Of a DNA stretch of 64,000 nt, positions 21,113 to 31,730 are shown in pieces (positions within the stretch are counted from its first letter, which is position 1; each line of letters begins with the position of its first letter). The stretch is from assembly GCA_041937175.2 (NCBI GenBank), contig CP166615.1, positions 384,001 to 448,000 on the forward strand. Direction: 5' to 3'. Below the pieces are notes generated by a model that ran no database searches, was not told the origin of the DNA, and was given only the letters and a program-made list of their open reading frames with translations. A program made the position numbers and the translations under genes. The DNA comes from Limnothrix sp. BL-A-16 (GTDB taxonomy: Bacteria > Cyanobacteriota > Cyanobacteriia > CACIAM-69d).

Positions 21113-21841
21113 ATGTCCAATTTGTTTCAGTTGATTGCAGTTGGTGGGCCGGTGATGATTCCCATTGTGGGAATGTCGATCGCCACAGTGGGTTGCGGAC
21201 TAGAGCGATCGTGGTTTTGGTATCAACTATTGAGCCGCGAAGATCGAATTGTACGGGAAGTCTTAGAAGCCGCCCACTACGATTTGGCAGATGCAGCGGC
21301 GATCGCCCGCCAAGCCAAAGAATTGCCGATCGGGCGGTTTTTATTAGCCCCTTTGCGGCTCCAAGATCCCACCCCAGAAACCTTTCGCCTCGCCCTGGAA
21401 ACAGCAGCCGATCGCGAGTTTATTGAAATGCATCGCGGGGACAAACTCCTCGAAAGCGTTGTGGGCATTGCCCCACTCCTGGGGCTGTTGGGAACAGTAA
21501 CCGGCTTGATTGCTACCTTTGCCAACCTCAACATCGGCGGATCTGGAGGGGCTGAAGAAGCCAGTAAAGCAGCAGCCGGGATTGGGGAAGCCCTCACCAC
21601 AACAGCCGGAGGAATGATCGCGGCGATTTTAGCCTTAAGCATTCTCAGAATCTTAGTAACTTTCCAAACTAAGCAAATGCAGTACTTCTCCCAGGTAGGC
21701 GCTGCCCTCGAACTGATTTATCGGCAGGTTTGGTATGAAGCCAGCCGAGACAATTCAAATGTGAATGCATCAGAAACAGAATCCGACTCAAGCTTGAATG
21801 GTGTCAATCTAAGATCTGAAAAAGCTGCAACAACTAACTAG
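21113..21841 (+). CDS. exbB: MotA/TolQ/ExbB proton channel protein
   Basis: APLLGLLGTVTGLI..F...GIGEAL.TTA.G. Confidence 0.88.
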   Translation: MSNLFQLIAVGGPVMIPIVGMSIATVGCGLERSWFWYQLLSREDRIVREVLEAAHYDLADAAAIARQAKELPIGRFLLAPLRLQDPTPETFRLALETAADREFIEMHRGDKLLESVVGIAPLLGLLGTVTGLIATFANLNIGGSGGAEEASKAAAGIGEALTTTAGGMIAAILALSILRILVTFQTKQMQYFSQVGAALELIYRQVWYEASRDNSNVNASETESDSSLNGVNLRSEKAATTN

Positions 21842-21914
21842 CTCATGCCAAGTTAAGTCATGAATAAAGCTTGATCGATGCAGAGCAAAAAGCAGTTTTC
21901 TAGGAGCACATGCT

Positions 21915-22340
21915 ATGTATTCTCGCAATCGCCGTAATCAGCCTTCTTCGCAAATTCCTGAGGTTAACTTGGTACCCATGATGGATGTAATCATGACCAT
22001 TTTGACCTTTTTTATCATTGTCTCCATGACCTTGACGGGGAATAATAGCGCCCTAAAAATTAACCTGCCCAAGGCGGATGCGCCCCCAGCCAGCAAAGAA
22101 AAAACGCCCGATCCGTTGATGGTGAGCCTGTCCAATACTGGGCAAATTTCGGTGGGTAGCCAACTGGTTTCCGAAGCAGACTTGATCTCGCAAGTGCAAA
22201 CCTATTTGAGCAAAAGCCCCGAAGGTGCTGTTTTATTAAAAGCCGATAACAAAGTTGCCTATGAGCAACTCGCCAAACTCTTGGGTAAGTTGCAGAAAGC
22301 TGGGGGCGATCGCGTGTCATTGGCGATCGAGTCACCCTAG
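21915..22340 (+). CDS. exbD: ExbD/TolR biopolymer transport protein
   Basis: EVNLVPMMDV...INLPKA...LKAD..V.Y. Confidence 0.9.
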   Translation: MYSRNRRNQPSSQIPEVNLVPMMDVIMTILTFFIIVSMTLTGNNSALKINLPKADAPPASKEKTPDPLMVSLSNTGQISVGSQLVSEADLISQVQTYLSKSPEGAVLLKADNKVAYEQLAKLLGKLQKAGGDRVSLAIESP

Positions 22341-22406
22341 ATAGTCATGAATTTTTAAAAACTTTAATTTGACTAAAATCTCGCTCTATTTCACTACTTA
22401 TTGATC

Positions 22407-23102
22407 ATGCTCATTAGCGCTCGACTGGCGATCGCCTTGGCTGGTTTGGGGCTGCTTCTAGGAGGCTGCTCCAAGCTCGATACGGAAAAAATTTCCGCTC
22501 AAATTCAGCAGGAATTACTCAACGCCAAAGTGCCGGTCAATCAGTTGCGTTGCCCAGCGAATTTAACCCCTCGGACGGGGCAAACCTTTGAATGTGTGGG
22601 CAAGCTGGAGCCGGAGGGCAATTTCTTTGTGGCCGTGACCCAAGTGGACGATCGGGCCACGATTCGTTGGGAAGTGATTAATTCTTGGCGACTGTTGGAT
22701 TTAGGTTCCTTGCAGTCGGATTTGCAAACAGCGTTGGCGGCCCAAGAGGCAATTAGTGGCCCCGCCAACAGCCTAAAAATTGACTGTGGACAACCCTATC
22801 GAGTGGTTTCACCGGGCGATCGCTTTGAATGCCAAGTGATCGGAGCAGGACAGGTGCGATCGATTACGGTCGATGTGCGTGACGAGGGGCAAATCACCTG
22901 GCAAACACCCCCACCTGCTTTGACGGCCCAACGGCCCAGCAATCCACCAGCCCAGGCGATCGCCCCCGACACCAGTCTCAACCCCGCCAGCACCGATCCC
23001 GCTACCGCCAACACACCGGCTGACCCGCGCCCTGCTCCAGCGGCCGCCCCAGCTCGGGGCTCGGCCAAGGATGCGACCGGCTGGACAGAATTAGCCGACT
23101 AA
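22407..23102 (+). CDS. Lipoprotein with two DUF4333-like domains
   Basis: Lipobox LGGC; two C-x(12)-FEC domains (CPAN...GQTFEC; CGQP...GDRFEC). Confidence 0.7.
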   Translation: MLISARLAIALAGLGLLLGGCSKLDTEKISAQIQQELLNAKVPVNQLRCPANLTPRTGQTFECVGKLEPEGNFFVAVTQVDDRATIRWEVINSWRLLDLGSLQSDLQTALAAQEAISGPANSLKIDCGQPYRVVSPGDRFECQVIGAGQVRSITVDVRDEGQITWQTPPPALTAQRPSNPPAQAIAPDTSLNPASTDPATANTPADPRPAPAAAPARGSAKDATGWTELAD

Positions 23103-23135
23103 CCGAGCTGAGTTGACCTCGGAGAACTCAGGCAC

Positions 23136-24272
23136 TTAATGGCCAACCCAAATCACTTCGGGGCCGTCTTCGTCGTCTTCCCAGTCTTCGTCGTCTTCCC
23201 AGTCCTCATCATCACTCAACTCAGTCCCATCACCGCGCAGGGGGCGATCGAGCAGGGTGGGCAACTCCAAAACAACGGGGCCTAACTCGTCGAGCCAATC
23301 CCAAACCCGCTGCAACAAGCCATCCAAGTTATGGCGGGTGGCGGCGGACACCTTCAGGATCGGTTCCGGGTGGTGGGGTTGCAGCTCTTCGATCAGGGTG
23401 TTGACCCAATCGGGATCCACCGCGTCCACTTTGTTAATGGCCAGGATTTGCGGGCGATCGGTCAGGCCACGTCCATAGGCCTGTAGCTCGTTTTGAATCG
23501 TGTGATAGGCCGCGATCGGGTCTTCTCCTGTGGCATCCACCAAGTGCAACAGCAGCCTTGTCCGTTCAATGTGCCGCAGAAACTCATGACCCAACCCTAG
23601 GCCCTCATGGGCCCCTTCAATTAAACCGGGAATGTCCGCAAACACCGTGCCATCGCCCGTGGGCCGGCGCACCACCCCCAAGTTCGGCACGAGGGTTGTG
23701 AAGGGATAGTCAGCAATTTTCGGCTTGGCCGCCGAGAGCGCGGAGATCATCGTGGACTTGCCCGCATTGGGCAGCCCCACGATCCCCACCTCCGCCAGCA
23801 GCTTTAGTTCCAAATACAGCCGAAATTCTTCGCCGGGTAACCCAGGTAGGGCCAATTCCGGGGCCCGGTTCCGGTTGCTCAGAAAATGGGCATTCCCGAG
23901 GCCACCCTTGCCCCCTTTGGCAATGCAAATCCGCTGGCCGGGTTGCACCAAATCGGCCACCAAAACTCGGGTGTTGGCATCATAAACCGCTGTTCCGCAG
24001 GGCACTTCCACCACCAAATCTTCGCCGCTGCGGCCGGTGCAATTGTTGGGGCCGCCGCGCATCCCGTCTTGGGCCTTGAAGCGGGCGTTGTAGCGAAAGT
24101 CCAGGAGAGTTTGCAGGCGATCGGTGGCGACGAAGTAGACGGAGCCGCCCCGCCCCCCGTTACCACCAGCGGGGCCCCCGGCGGGCACATATTTTTCCCG
24201 GCGAAAAGCAACGATGCCGTCGCCCCCGTTGCCAGCCTGGACGACGATTTCTGAGTGATCAATAAATTGCAT
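23136..24272 (-). CDS. obgE: GTPase ObgE/CgtA
   Basis: [38 protein letters not shown]. Confidence 0.97.
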   Translation of the reverse strand: MQFIDHSEIVVQAGNGGDGIVAFRREKYVPAGGPAGGNGGRGGSVYFVATDRLQTLLDFRYNARFKAQDGMRGGPNNCTGRSGEDLVVEVPCGTAVYDANTRVLVADLVQPGQRICIAKGGKGGLGNAHFLSNRNRAPELALPGLPGEEFRLYLELKLLAEVGIVGLPNAGKSTMISALSAAKPKIADYPFTTLVPNLGVVRRPTGDGTVFADIPGLIEGAHEGLGLGHEFLRHIERTRLLLHLVDATGEDPIAAYHTIQNELQAYGRGLTDRPQILAINKVDAVDPDWVNTLIEELQPHHPEPILKVSAATRHNLDGLLQRVWDWLDELGPVVLELPTLLDRPLRGDGTELSDDEDWEDDEDWEDDEDGPEVIWVGH

Positions 24273-24424
24273 GAAATAGTGGCGCGAAATGACGGGAAAG
24301 CAGCATTGGGGAAGTCCAGCAGCCCTGGCCGGGGATCGCAGATGATCCGGGAGATGAAGGCTCGCGATCGAACTAGCGTTGGCTTTGGGTTGGGCGGAGA
24401 TCCCCGATCGCCCCCAGAACCCAC

Positions 24425-25075
24425 CTAGCAGTAGGGGGTGATGTCTTCACCACAGTCGTCTGCCAAGTAGGAGAGAGCACGGAATCGCAACCCCATGAGC
24501 TGGTCGTAGAGTGGGTTGAGCTTGCACATGGGGGGAATGTGGGCCAGCTTGCGCCCAAAAACGATCACATCCCGCTCGAAGGGGCATTGGGAGGGGATCA
24601 TTTTACAGAGAAAGTGCGCAACTTTGGGATTGTGAATTTCCAAACCATCGAGCCAATGGCGCACGGGGTTGAGCACGTCGCCCCGGTGTGGGTCGGGGTG
24701 GGGCTGAATCGGCTCGGCACAATTGAGGGTTTGTTGCAGGGCTTCAAAGGCGGGAATTTTGCGGCCAAGGGCGGCGCTGAATTGCCGAATGAGCTGATCT
24801 TCGGAGTCGGAGTAAATGCCGTCAGCGATCGCCACCATCACGGCGGTGCGCAGGAAGTTGTCTGCGTGGTGGGGGTCGTCTCCGAGTTCGGCGGCTAGTT
24901 CTTCGGGGGTGAGGGGTTCGAGGATGGCTTCGGGCTCGAGGGTTTCGTGGGTGAGGGAGGTGATGATTTCCCGTTCTTCATCATCCAGATGCCCATCGGC
25001 CCAAGCAACGGTGGTCAAGCCGCGCAACCACAGCAGGGTACGAACGCGATCGGATGGTTCTGCCACAAGAGTCAT
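24425..25075 (-). CDS. TerB-like domain fused to a 'Mo-dependent nitrogenase C-terminal' domain
   Basis: AWADG...E and A.ADG..SDSE (TerB-like); [13 protein letters not shown]...[12 protein letters not shown]...CGED...YC. Confidence 0.8.
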   Translation of the reverse strand: MTLVAEPSDRVRTLLWLRGLTTVAWADGHLDDEEREIITSLTHETLEPEAILEPLTPEELAAELGDDPHHADNFLRTAVMVAIADGIYSDSEDQLIRQFSAALGRKIPAFEALQQTLNCAEPIQPHPDPHRGDVLNPVRHWLDGLEIHNPKVAHFLCKMIPSQCPFERDVIVFGRKLAHIPPMCKLNPLYDQLMGLRFRALSYLADDCGEDITPYC

Positions 25076-25271
25076 AAAAACTGACACCGTAATCGCAACT
25101 TTGTGTCTCAATCCCTTTGCGTCTTGATCAATATTCTAAGAGGGGCGATCGCGCCCTGGCCCGCAGTACCCACTTCTTTTAACAACTGATCTTTGAACAA
25201 CGGATCACAACTGTTTTAACAACTGAATCCGCTGGTGAATCTGGTCAAGGAATTGGGCTGATCGGTTGAAA

Positions 25272-26369
25272 CTATTGGGGGGCTGGCGGAGGTGGCTCCG
25301 GCTCAGTGCGCGAATCTGAGTGAATTTCTGAAACTTTGCTGACCAGAAATATGAGCCGGAACGGTTGACCCATGGCTTTTTCCAGAAATTCTTCGAGTAA
25401 TTGGGCTTGAAAGGGCGAGATGCTCTCGGCCGATTGAACGGTGAGGCGAACTTCTGGCGGGCTGGCCAGCCAGTTAACGCTGCTGTCAATGAGCTTCACG
25501 CGTCGGAAAGTGAGGGTGCGATCGAGCAGGGCTTGGCGCAAGCTGGCTTCTAGCCGGGCCTGGCGCACCAGCTCTGAAAAGCTGTAGGTTAGCGGCACGG
25601 CCAAGAGTAGGGTCATGCCCACGATTGCGGTGATGCCGTGGCGGCCGGTTCTCAGGGGCAGTTCCCCCAAAATCCAGAAGGTTAGGGCCGCTGCCAAGGC
25701 AATGCCACAGAGGTTGGTCAACAGCAGCAGGGCGGCCCCTTGGGCCAACAGACCATAGCCCTGGGAAATGGCGAGACCAACGGTGCAGGCGGGCGGCATC
25801 AGGGCCACGGCGATCGCGGTTCCTGCCACGGTTCCCGAAACCTTGGGTTGCACCATGGCGTAGGCGCTGACCGCTCCGGCCACGAGGGCCACGCCTAAAT
25901 CCAACAGGTTGGGATTGCCCCGGGCCAGCACTTCACTGCCAAAGGCGGGAATGCCTGCCAACCAACCAACCAAAGCGGACAGCCCGATCGCTGGCAGCAC
26001 GCCACAACTGAGACATCCAACACCCCGCCGAAACAGAGACCAATCGCCCGCCACAACACTCCAGGCGATCGCCCGAATGGGCAACATCAAGGGAGCGATG
26101 ATCATGGCCCCGATGATGACGGCGACGCTGTTGGCCAAGAGACCAAAGGAGGCAATCAGACAGGCGGCGATGACCTGGGTGAGGTAGGGGCGATCGATCC
26201 GAGAATCTTCCCAGAGCATGTGATTGAGCTGGGCCGATCGCTCCGGTGACAGGCGCTGCCACTGAATCAGCCGTTGGCTGGCGGCTGTTCCCCGTTGCCA
26301 GAGACCCGATCGACCAGCCTGCCACCACCATTGCCTGATCCACCCCGACTTGCGCTGCTTTTGCGCCAT
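25272..26369 (-). CDS. DUF389/TIGR00341 family membrane protein
   Basis: IA.FGLLANS.AVIIGAMIIAPLM.P, PNLLDL..AL, G.AIAVALMPP; likely start MAQKQ at 26369. Confidence 0.85.
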   Translation of the reverse strand: MAQKQRKSGWIRQWWWQAGRSGLWQRGTAASQRLIQWQRLSPERSAQLNHMLWEDSRIDRPYLTQVIAACLIASFGLLANSVAVIIGAMIIAPLMLPIRAIAWSVVAGDWSLFRRGVGCLSCGVLPAIGLSALVGWLAGIPAFGSEVLARGNPNLLDLGVALVAGAVSAYAMVQPKVSGTVAGTAIAVALMPPACTVGLAISQGYGLLAQGAALLLLTNLCGIALAAALTFWILGELPLRTGRHGITAIVGMTLLLAVPLTYSFSELVRQARLEASLRQALLDRTLTFRRVKLIDSSVNWLASPPEVRLTVQSAESISPFQAQLLEEFLEKAMGQPFRLIFLVSKVSEIHSDSRTEPEPPPPAPQ

Positions 26370-26747
26370 GGACTGGCTCCTGATTGCTGGATTGCTGTGG
26401 GCTTGGCCGGCTCCATTATCGATCGTGCTTGGGGGAACTGACGGCGAGCCAGGATAGCACCAGGGGGGAGGATTTGGGGTCCCAATCCGCGCCAGTTGTT
26501 GATTGGGAGCGATTGGGAGAATGGGAGGGCGATCGGAACTGCCAATCGATCCCAAGCTCAGGGCATGGTTGGGGTAATCTTTAAAGAGGATGCAAAAAAA
26601 TTTCATGTTTCTTTAGCTTCCAGGGATTACGATTCAGGTTTGGATTCCTTAACCTGTGGAATTGACCCGCTGGAGTTGGACGAGCAGACCACCTAACGCC
26701 GCCGTCGCCAGTTGCCTCTTAATTTGCCACCCGCCTGGGGTTAAACC

Positions 26748-28223
26748 ATGGCCCTCGACCTGCCCGATCGCACCACCACAGACGCTTCACCTGCGCCCAT
26801 GCCACCGACCCCGATCGATGACGAGATCCTTGATCTGGATGACGAAGCTCTTGACCCTGGGGATGACCTGTGGCTCCCGGGAACCGCTTGGCTGAGCGGC
26901 CCCCGGGGGCTGTTGGTGGGTCTGGGGGCGGGGGTGTTGGTTAGCTTGGGGGTGAGCTTTGCTCTGGGGGGGCGCAATCCCCAGGCGCAACCCGCCGTGG
27001 CCCAACAGCCCGCGACGGCCACCGCGCCCCCGGCGACCGGCAGCGAACAGCCGGTGACCATTGCCACCGTGGAAGCCGCCCAAGTGAGCCGGACGATCGA
27101 AGCCAGCGGCACGATCGAGGCCCGTGAGCTAGTGCCAGTGCAACCGCCGGGCACCGGGCTAAAGGTGCTGCAAATTTTGGCCGATGAGGGGCAAGTGGTG
27201 CAGCAGGGGCAAACCCTGGCCATTGTGGATGATTCCTTGTTGCGCACTCAGTTGGGTCAAGCCCGCGCCCAGGCCTTGGAAGAGGAAGCGGCCCTGGCAA
27301 AGTTGCGCAGTGGGTTCCGGCCGGAGGAAATTGCCCAGGCCCGTGAGGCGGCCCGCCAGGCCGCAGCGGGGGTCGATCGCGCCAGGGCTGACCTGGCCCT
27401 TTCAAAGTTGCGGGTCGATCGCAACCAGTCCCTGGCTAACGAGGGGGCAATCTCGCGCGATCGACTGGATGAAGTGATTACCCGGGCCCGGGGCGACGAG
27501 GCGGCCCTCGAACAGGCCCAAGCCCGCTTTGCGGAAACCCAACAGCGCTACCGCCAGTTAGCCACCGGTAACCGCCGAGAAGACATCACCCAAGCAGAAG
27601 CCCGCTTTTTGCAAGCACGCGGCCGGGTGCGCCAAATCATGGAGCAGCTCAAAAATTCGCGCGTGTTGGCTCCCGCGCCAGGGGTGATTGTGAAGCGCGA
27701 AACCACCGTGGGTAATGTGACGGCTAATACACCCCTCTTCCAAATTGCAGCGGTGGGCAAGCTGGAACTGCATTTAAAAGTTCCCGAAACCCAACTGCGG
27801 GGCATCCAGCCGGGGCAACCGGTGCAGGCGATCGTGGATGCCACCCGGCAGGTGATTAATGGTCGGGTGCGTGAAATTGACCCCACGATCGACCCCCAAT
27901 CTCGCCTGGCCACGGTCAAGGTGGAACTGCAACCCTCGCCGGGTCTACGCACGGGGATGTTTTTGCGGGCCGCCGTGGGAGTTTCCATGGGTCGCGGCTT
28001 GGCGATTCCGGCCAAGGCGGTGTTGCCGCAGCCCGATGGCACGGCGATCGCCTATCGCTTGAACCCCGACAACACCGTCAGTGCCCAGCGCGTTGAAGTG
28101 GGCAAGGTGCTCCCCGATGGGCGGGTGGAAGTGCGCAGCGGGTTGCAAGCGGGCCAAGGAGTCGTGGTCAAGGGTGGGCCCTACCTCAAAGATGGCGATC
28201 GCGTGCGTGTAATGCCCAATTAA
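26748..28223 (+). CDS. RND efflux periplasmic adaptor (membrane fusion protein)
   Basis: N-terminal TM, lipoyl half-motifs, long coiled coil, GLQAGQ.VV..G. Confidence 0.9.
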   Translation: MALDLPDRTTTDASPAPMPPTPIDDEILDLDDEALDPGDDLWLPGTAWLSGPRGLLVGLGAGVLVSLGVSFALGGRNPQAQPAVAQQPATATAPPATGSEQPVTIATVEAAQVSRTIEASGTIEARELVPVQPPGTGLKVLQILADEGQVVQQGQTLAIVDDSLLRTQLGQARAQALEEEAALAKLRSGFRPEEIAQAREAARQAAAGVDRARADLALSKLRVDRNQSLANEGAISRDRLDEVITRARGDEAALEQAQARFAETQQRYRQLATGNRREDITQAEARFLQARGRVRQIMEQLKNSRVLAPAPGVIVKRETTVGNVTANTPLFQIAAVGKLELHLKVPETQLRGIQPGQPVQAIVDATRQVINGRVREIDPTIDPQSRLATVKVELQPSPGLRTGMFLRAAVGVSMGRGLAIPAKAVLPQPDGTAIAYRLNPDNTVSAQRVEVGKVLPDGRVEVRSGLQAGQGVVVKGGPYLKDGDRVRVMPN

Positions 28224-28355
28224 ATACCCGCTGATGCTTGTTGATTAGTTGCTCAAATGCCCGTTGATGCCCGCTGATTAATTGCTCAAATGCCCGTTGG
28301 ATTGACGTTTCCAGATGCCTAATGCCGTCACTTCGGACGAACGGATTTTTAACCG

Positions 28356-31300
28356 ATGAGTAGCTTCAACCTGTCCGCTGGTTCGATTCGGAAACCGATC
28401 CCCACGATTTTGGCCTGTTTGGTGGCGGCCATTTTGGGGGTTGCCTCCTTTTTGAATTTGGGCATTGACCAAAGCCCAAATATCGATGTACCGGCGGTGT
28501 CCGTCACGGTGATTCAACCCGGCGCGGGGCCCGTGGAACTGGAAACGGAGGTGACCAAAAAGGTTGAAGATGCGATCGCGGCTTTGGGCAACATCGACCA
28601 AATGACCTCCACGGTGACCGATGGGCGATCGTTCACGTTGGTCAACTTTGTGCTGGGAACCGATGCTAACCAGGCTACCAATGATGTGCGCAATGCCATC
28701 TCCCAGATTCGATCGAGCTTGCCCGCTTCGGTGGATGAGCCATTGGTCGATCGGGTGGAATTCAGCGGCGGGGCGATCATGACCTACGCCTTGTCGGGTG
28801 AAGGAAAATCCGTTGAAGAACTGAGCGATTTGGTCGATCGCACCATTGCCCGGGAATTGCTGTCCGTTTCGGGCGTGGCTCAGGTGGAGCGATTGGGGGG
28901 CGTGAGCCGGGCCATTCGGATTGATTTGGATCCGGGGCGACTGTCGGCCTATGGGATCACGGCCACCCAGGTGAATGACCAAGTGCGATCGCTCAATGCC
29001 AACTTCCCCGGTGGCCAGGTGGATGTGGGCGGCAGCCAGCAAACCATCCGCACCTTGGGCAGCGCCCGCAGCCTCAGCCAACTGCAAAACTACCGCATTA
29101 CCCTGGTCAATGGCGGCACAATTCCCCTCGCGAGCCTGGGCCGTGTCAGCGACAGTTTCACAGAACCCAAGGAAGCAGCTTTTTTGAACGGGGAACCAGC
29201 GGTGGCCTTTTCCGTGCTCCGCAGCACCGGCAGCACCCTGGTGACCGTGGAAGAAAATGTCACCAAGGCGGTGGCGGAACTGCAAAAGCGCTTGCCTAAT
29301 CTCAAATTCGATTTGATTTTTAGCGATGCGGATCCAATTCGGCAGACCTATCGATCGACCGTTGAGGAGCTAATTTCTTCCTGCATCCTGACCACGATCG
29401 TGGTGGGAATCTTTCTGCGTAACGTTCGTTACACGTTGATTGCGGGGGCGGCCCTGCCGTTGTCGATCATTCCCACCTTTGCGGTGATGCAAATGCTGGG
29501 CTACACGCTCAACAGCATGACCCTGCTGGCCTTGGCCCTGGCGATCGGGAACTTGATTGATGACGCGGTGTGCGTGGTGGAGGATGTCGATCGCCACTTA
29601 AACATGGGCAAATCGCCCCGACAGGCGGCCTTGGATGCATCGTCGGAATTGGGCTTTTCCCTGCTGGCCACCGCCGGAACCCTGATCGGGGTGTTCTTGC
29701 CGGTGGCCTTCATGGGCGGCATTCCGGGGCAATTTTTCCAGCCCTTTGGGGTCACGGTGGCCGTGTCCACGGTCTTTTCCACCACCGTTGCCTGTACCGT
29801 CACGCCGATGATGAGCGCTTACCTGCTGAAACCCAAGGCCAACCTGGAACTGGTGGCAGAGGCGCGATCGACCGAAGCTCAACCGGGCCCCTATCGCCGG
29901 GTGCTGGTTTGGGCCCTGCGGCATCGGGTCGCCACCTTGATGATCGCGATCGCCTTTTTCATCGCCAGCTTGCAGTTAGTGCCCTTCATTCCCAAGGGCT
30001 TGTTTAGCAGCGGTGACACGGGTCTCAGCACCGTGGAAATTGAACTGCCACCGGGCACGCCCCTCGAAGAAACCGTGGAAGTCATGAGCCGTACCTACGG
30101 CCTGCTGAAGGCAAATCCAGCGGTCGATCGGGTGTTGTTTGCCGCTCGCCAAAACAACCTGGCCACCGGCTATGTGAACCTGAAACCCGAAGACCAACGC
30201 AGCGTCACCCAGCGGCAATTTGAGCAACAGATGCGGGAGCAGTTCAAGTCGATCGCCGGGGCCCGGGTCACCTTCCAAAGCCTGCAAAGCCGGGGCGGCA
30301 CCAGCAAAGATCTGCGAATTGTGCTCAAGAGCGAAAACCCGGAACTGCTGACCAAAACCGCCGCTGACTTGGAGCGACAAATGCGCGGCCTGTCTGGCTT
30401 GGTGGAAGTCACCTCCAGCGCCAGCCTGGTGAAGCCAGAAGTGGCGATCATCCCCGATGTGCAACGGGCAACGGACTTGGGCGTTTCGGTTCAGGCCATT
30501 TCCCGCACCGCCACCCTGGCCACGATCGGGGATAACGAATCGAGCTTGGCCAAATTCAACCTGAGCGATCGGCAAATTCCGATTTGGGTGAAAATTGCCC
30601 CTCAGTTCCGCAGCAACATCGAAACCCTCGAAAATCTGCGGGTTCCCGGTCGCAATGGAGCCATGATTCCCCTCACCAGCGTGGCGGATATTCAACTGAT
30701 CAGCGGGCCCGCCCAAATTAACCGCTACAACCGATCGCGCCAGGTCACCCTAGATGCCAACCTGCAAGGCATCTCCCTGGGCACGGCCCTGGAACAGATT
30801 CGCGCCCTGCCGGCCATGAACCCCTTGCCCCCCGGCATTGAAGAAGAACCGGCCGGCGATGCCAAAATCATGCGCGACATCTTCAGCCGCTTTTTGTCCG
30901 CCCTGGGCTTAGGGGTGCTCGCGATCTACGGGGTGTTGGTGTTGCTCTACAACAGCTTTCTCTACCCGATTGGGATTCTGGCGGCCCTGCCCTTGGCCAC
31001 GGGAGGCACTTTCCTGGGCCTATTGGTGATGCAAAAGGAACTGGGCCTCTTCGCCCTGATCGGGATTGTGCTGCTGATGGGGCTGGTCACCAAAAATGCG
31101 ATCCTGCTGGTGGATTTTGCCCTCGAAGCCGAACGCCACGGACTTCCCCAATCGAAAGCCGTGATTGAATCCGGCGTGGCCCGCCTGCGCCCGATTTTGA
31201 TGACCTCCGTGTCAACGGTGGTGGGGTTGTTCCCCCTGGCCTTGGGCTTAGGAGCCGGAGCCGAAGAGCGCAGCCCCATGGCCGTCGCCGTGATTGGTGG

Positions 31301-31442
31301 ATTCACCACCTCAACCCTGTTGACGCTGCTGGTGGTGCCTGTGCTGTTTACCTATGTGGACAATATCCAGCACTGGTTCAAGCAACTGGTGGGAATTGAG
31401 CCGCGCCGCCGTCGAGCCGTCCGCAAAGTGCTGGAGTCGTGA
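28356..31442 (+). CDS. AcrB/AcrD/AcrF family RND permease
   Basis: 1028 aa; IDDA, GLVTKNAILLVDF, RLRPILMT. Confidence 0.95.
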   Translation: MSSFNLSAGSIRKPIPTILACLVAAILGVASFLNLGIDQSPNIDVPAVSVTVIQPGAGPVELETEVTKKVEDAIAALGNIDQMTSTVTDGRSFTLVNFVLGTDANQATNDVRNAISQIRSSLPASVDEPLVDRVEFSGGAIMTYALSGEGKSVEELSDLVDRTIARELLSVSGVAQVERLGGVSRAIRIDLDPGRLSAYGITATQVNDQVRSLNANFPGGQVDVGGSQQTIRTLGSARSLSQLQNYRITLVNGGTIPLASLGRVSDSFTEPKEAAFLNGEPAVAFSVLRSTGSTLVTVEENVTKAVAELQKRLPNLKFDLIFSDADPIRQTYRSTVEELISSCILTTIVVGIFLRNVRYTLIAGAALPLSIIPTFAVMQMLGYTLNSMTLLALALAIGNLIDDAVCVVEDVDRHLNMGKSPRQAALDASSELGFSLLATAGTLIGVFLPVAFMGGIPGQFFQPFGVTVAVSTVFSTTVACTVTPMMSAYLLKPKANLELVAEARSTEAQPGPYRRVLVWALRHRVATLMIAIAFFIASLQLVPFIPKGLFSSGDTGLSTVEIELPPGTPLEETVEVMSRTYGLLKANPAVDRVLFAARQNNLATGYVNLKPEDQRSVTQRQFEQQMREQFKSIAGARVTFQSLQSRGGTSKDLRIVLKSENPELLTKTAADLERQMRGLSGLVEVTSSASLVKPEVAIIPDVQRATDLGVSVQAISRTATLATIGDNESSLAKFNLSDRQIPIWVKIAPQFRSNIETLENLRVPGRNGAMIPLTSVADIQLISGPAQINRYNRSRQVTLDANLQGISLGTALEQIRALPAMNPLPPGIEEEPAGDAKIMRDIFSRFLSALGLGVLAIYGVLVLLYNSFLYPIGILAALPLATGGTFLGLLVMQKELGLFALIGIVLLMGLVTKNAILLVDFALEAERHGLPQSKAVIESGVARLRPILMTSVSTVVGLFPLALGLGAGAEERSPMAVAVIGGFTTSTLLTLLVVPVLFTYVDNIQHWFKQLVGIEPRRRRAVRKVLES

Positions 31443-31520
31443 TCTTCGCCACAGGGATGCTCCCCAAGAACGGCATACAATCAGGTTAGAACTGGCGAAT
31501 CTAAGCCTGGGGGTGTCCCG

Positions 31521-31730
31521 ATGTTGGTCATGCTCCTGAACAGTGGCTTGTTGACCCCAAAAGATGTTTGCCAAGGTTGCCTGTGGGCCGATCGCACGGG
31601 TAACCCACGTTGGCGGAATGGTCATCTCTCCTGTGCCCATGCGGTGCGGCCTGCCGCCGACAACCAACCCGCTTGCTATGAATGTGAGATGGGTTTTCTC
31701 TTAGCGGATGTTTGCAGCCACTCTGGTTAA
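31521..31730 (+). CDS. Small Cys-rich hypothetical protein
   Basis: 69 aa with CxxC...C...C.xC.MGF; possible metal-binding fold. Confidence 0.6.
   Translation: MLVMLLNSGLLTPKDVCQGCLWADRTGNPRWRNGHLSCAHAVRPAADNQPACYECEMGFLLADVCSHSG

Noticed and set aside
24425..25075. Evidence for nitrogen fixation from the domain name or from nifJ
   Set aside because: Both occur in non-diazotrophs, and no nifHDK is in the window.
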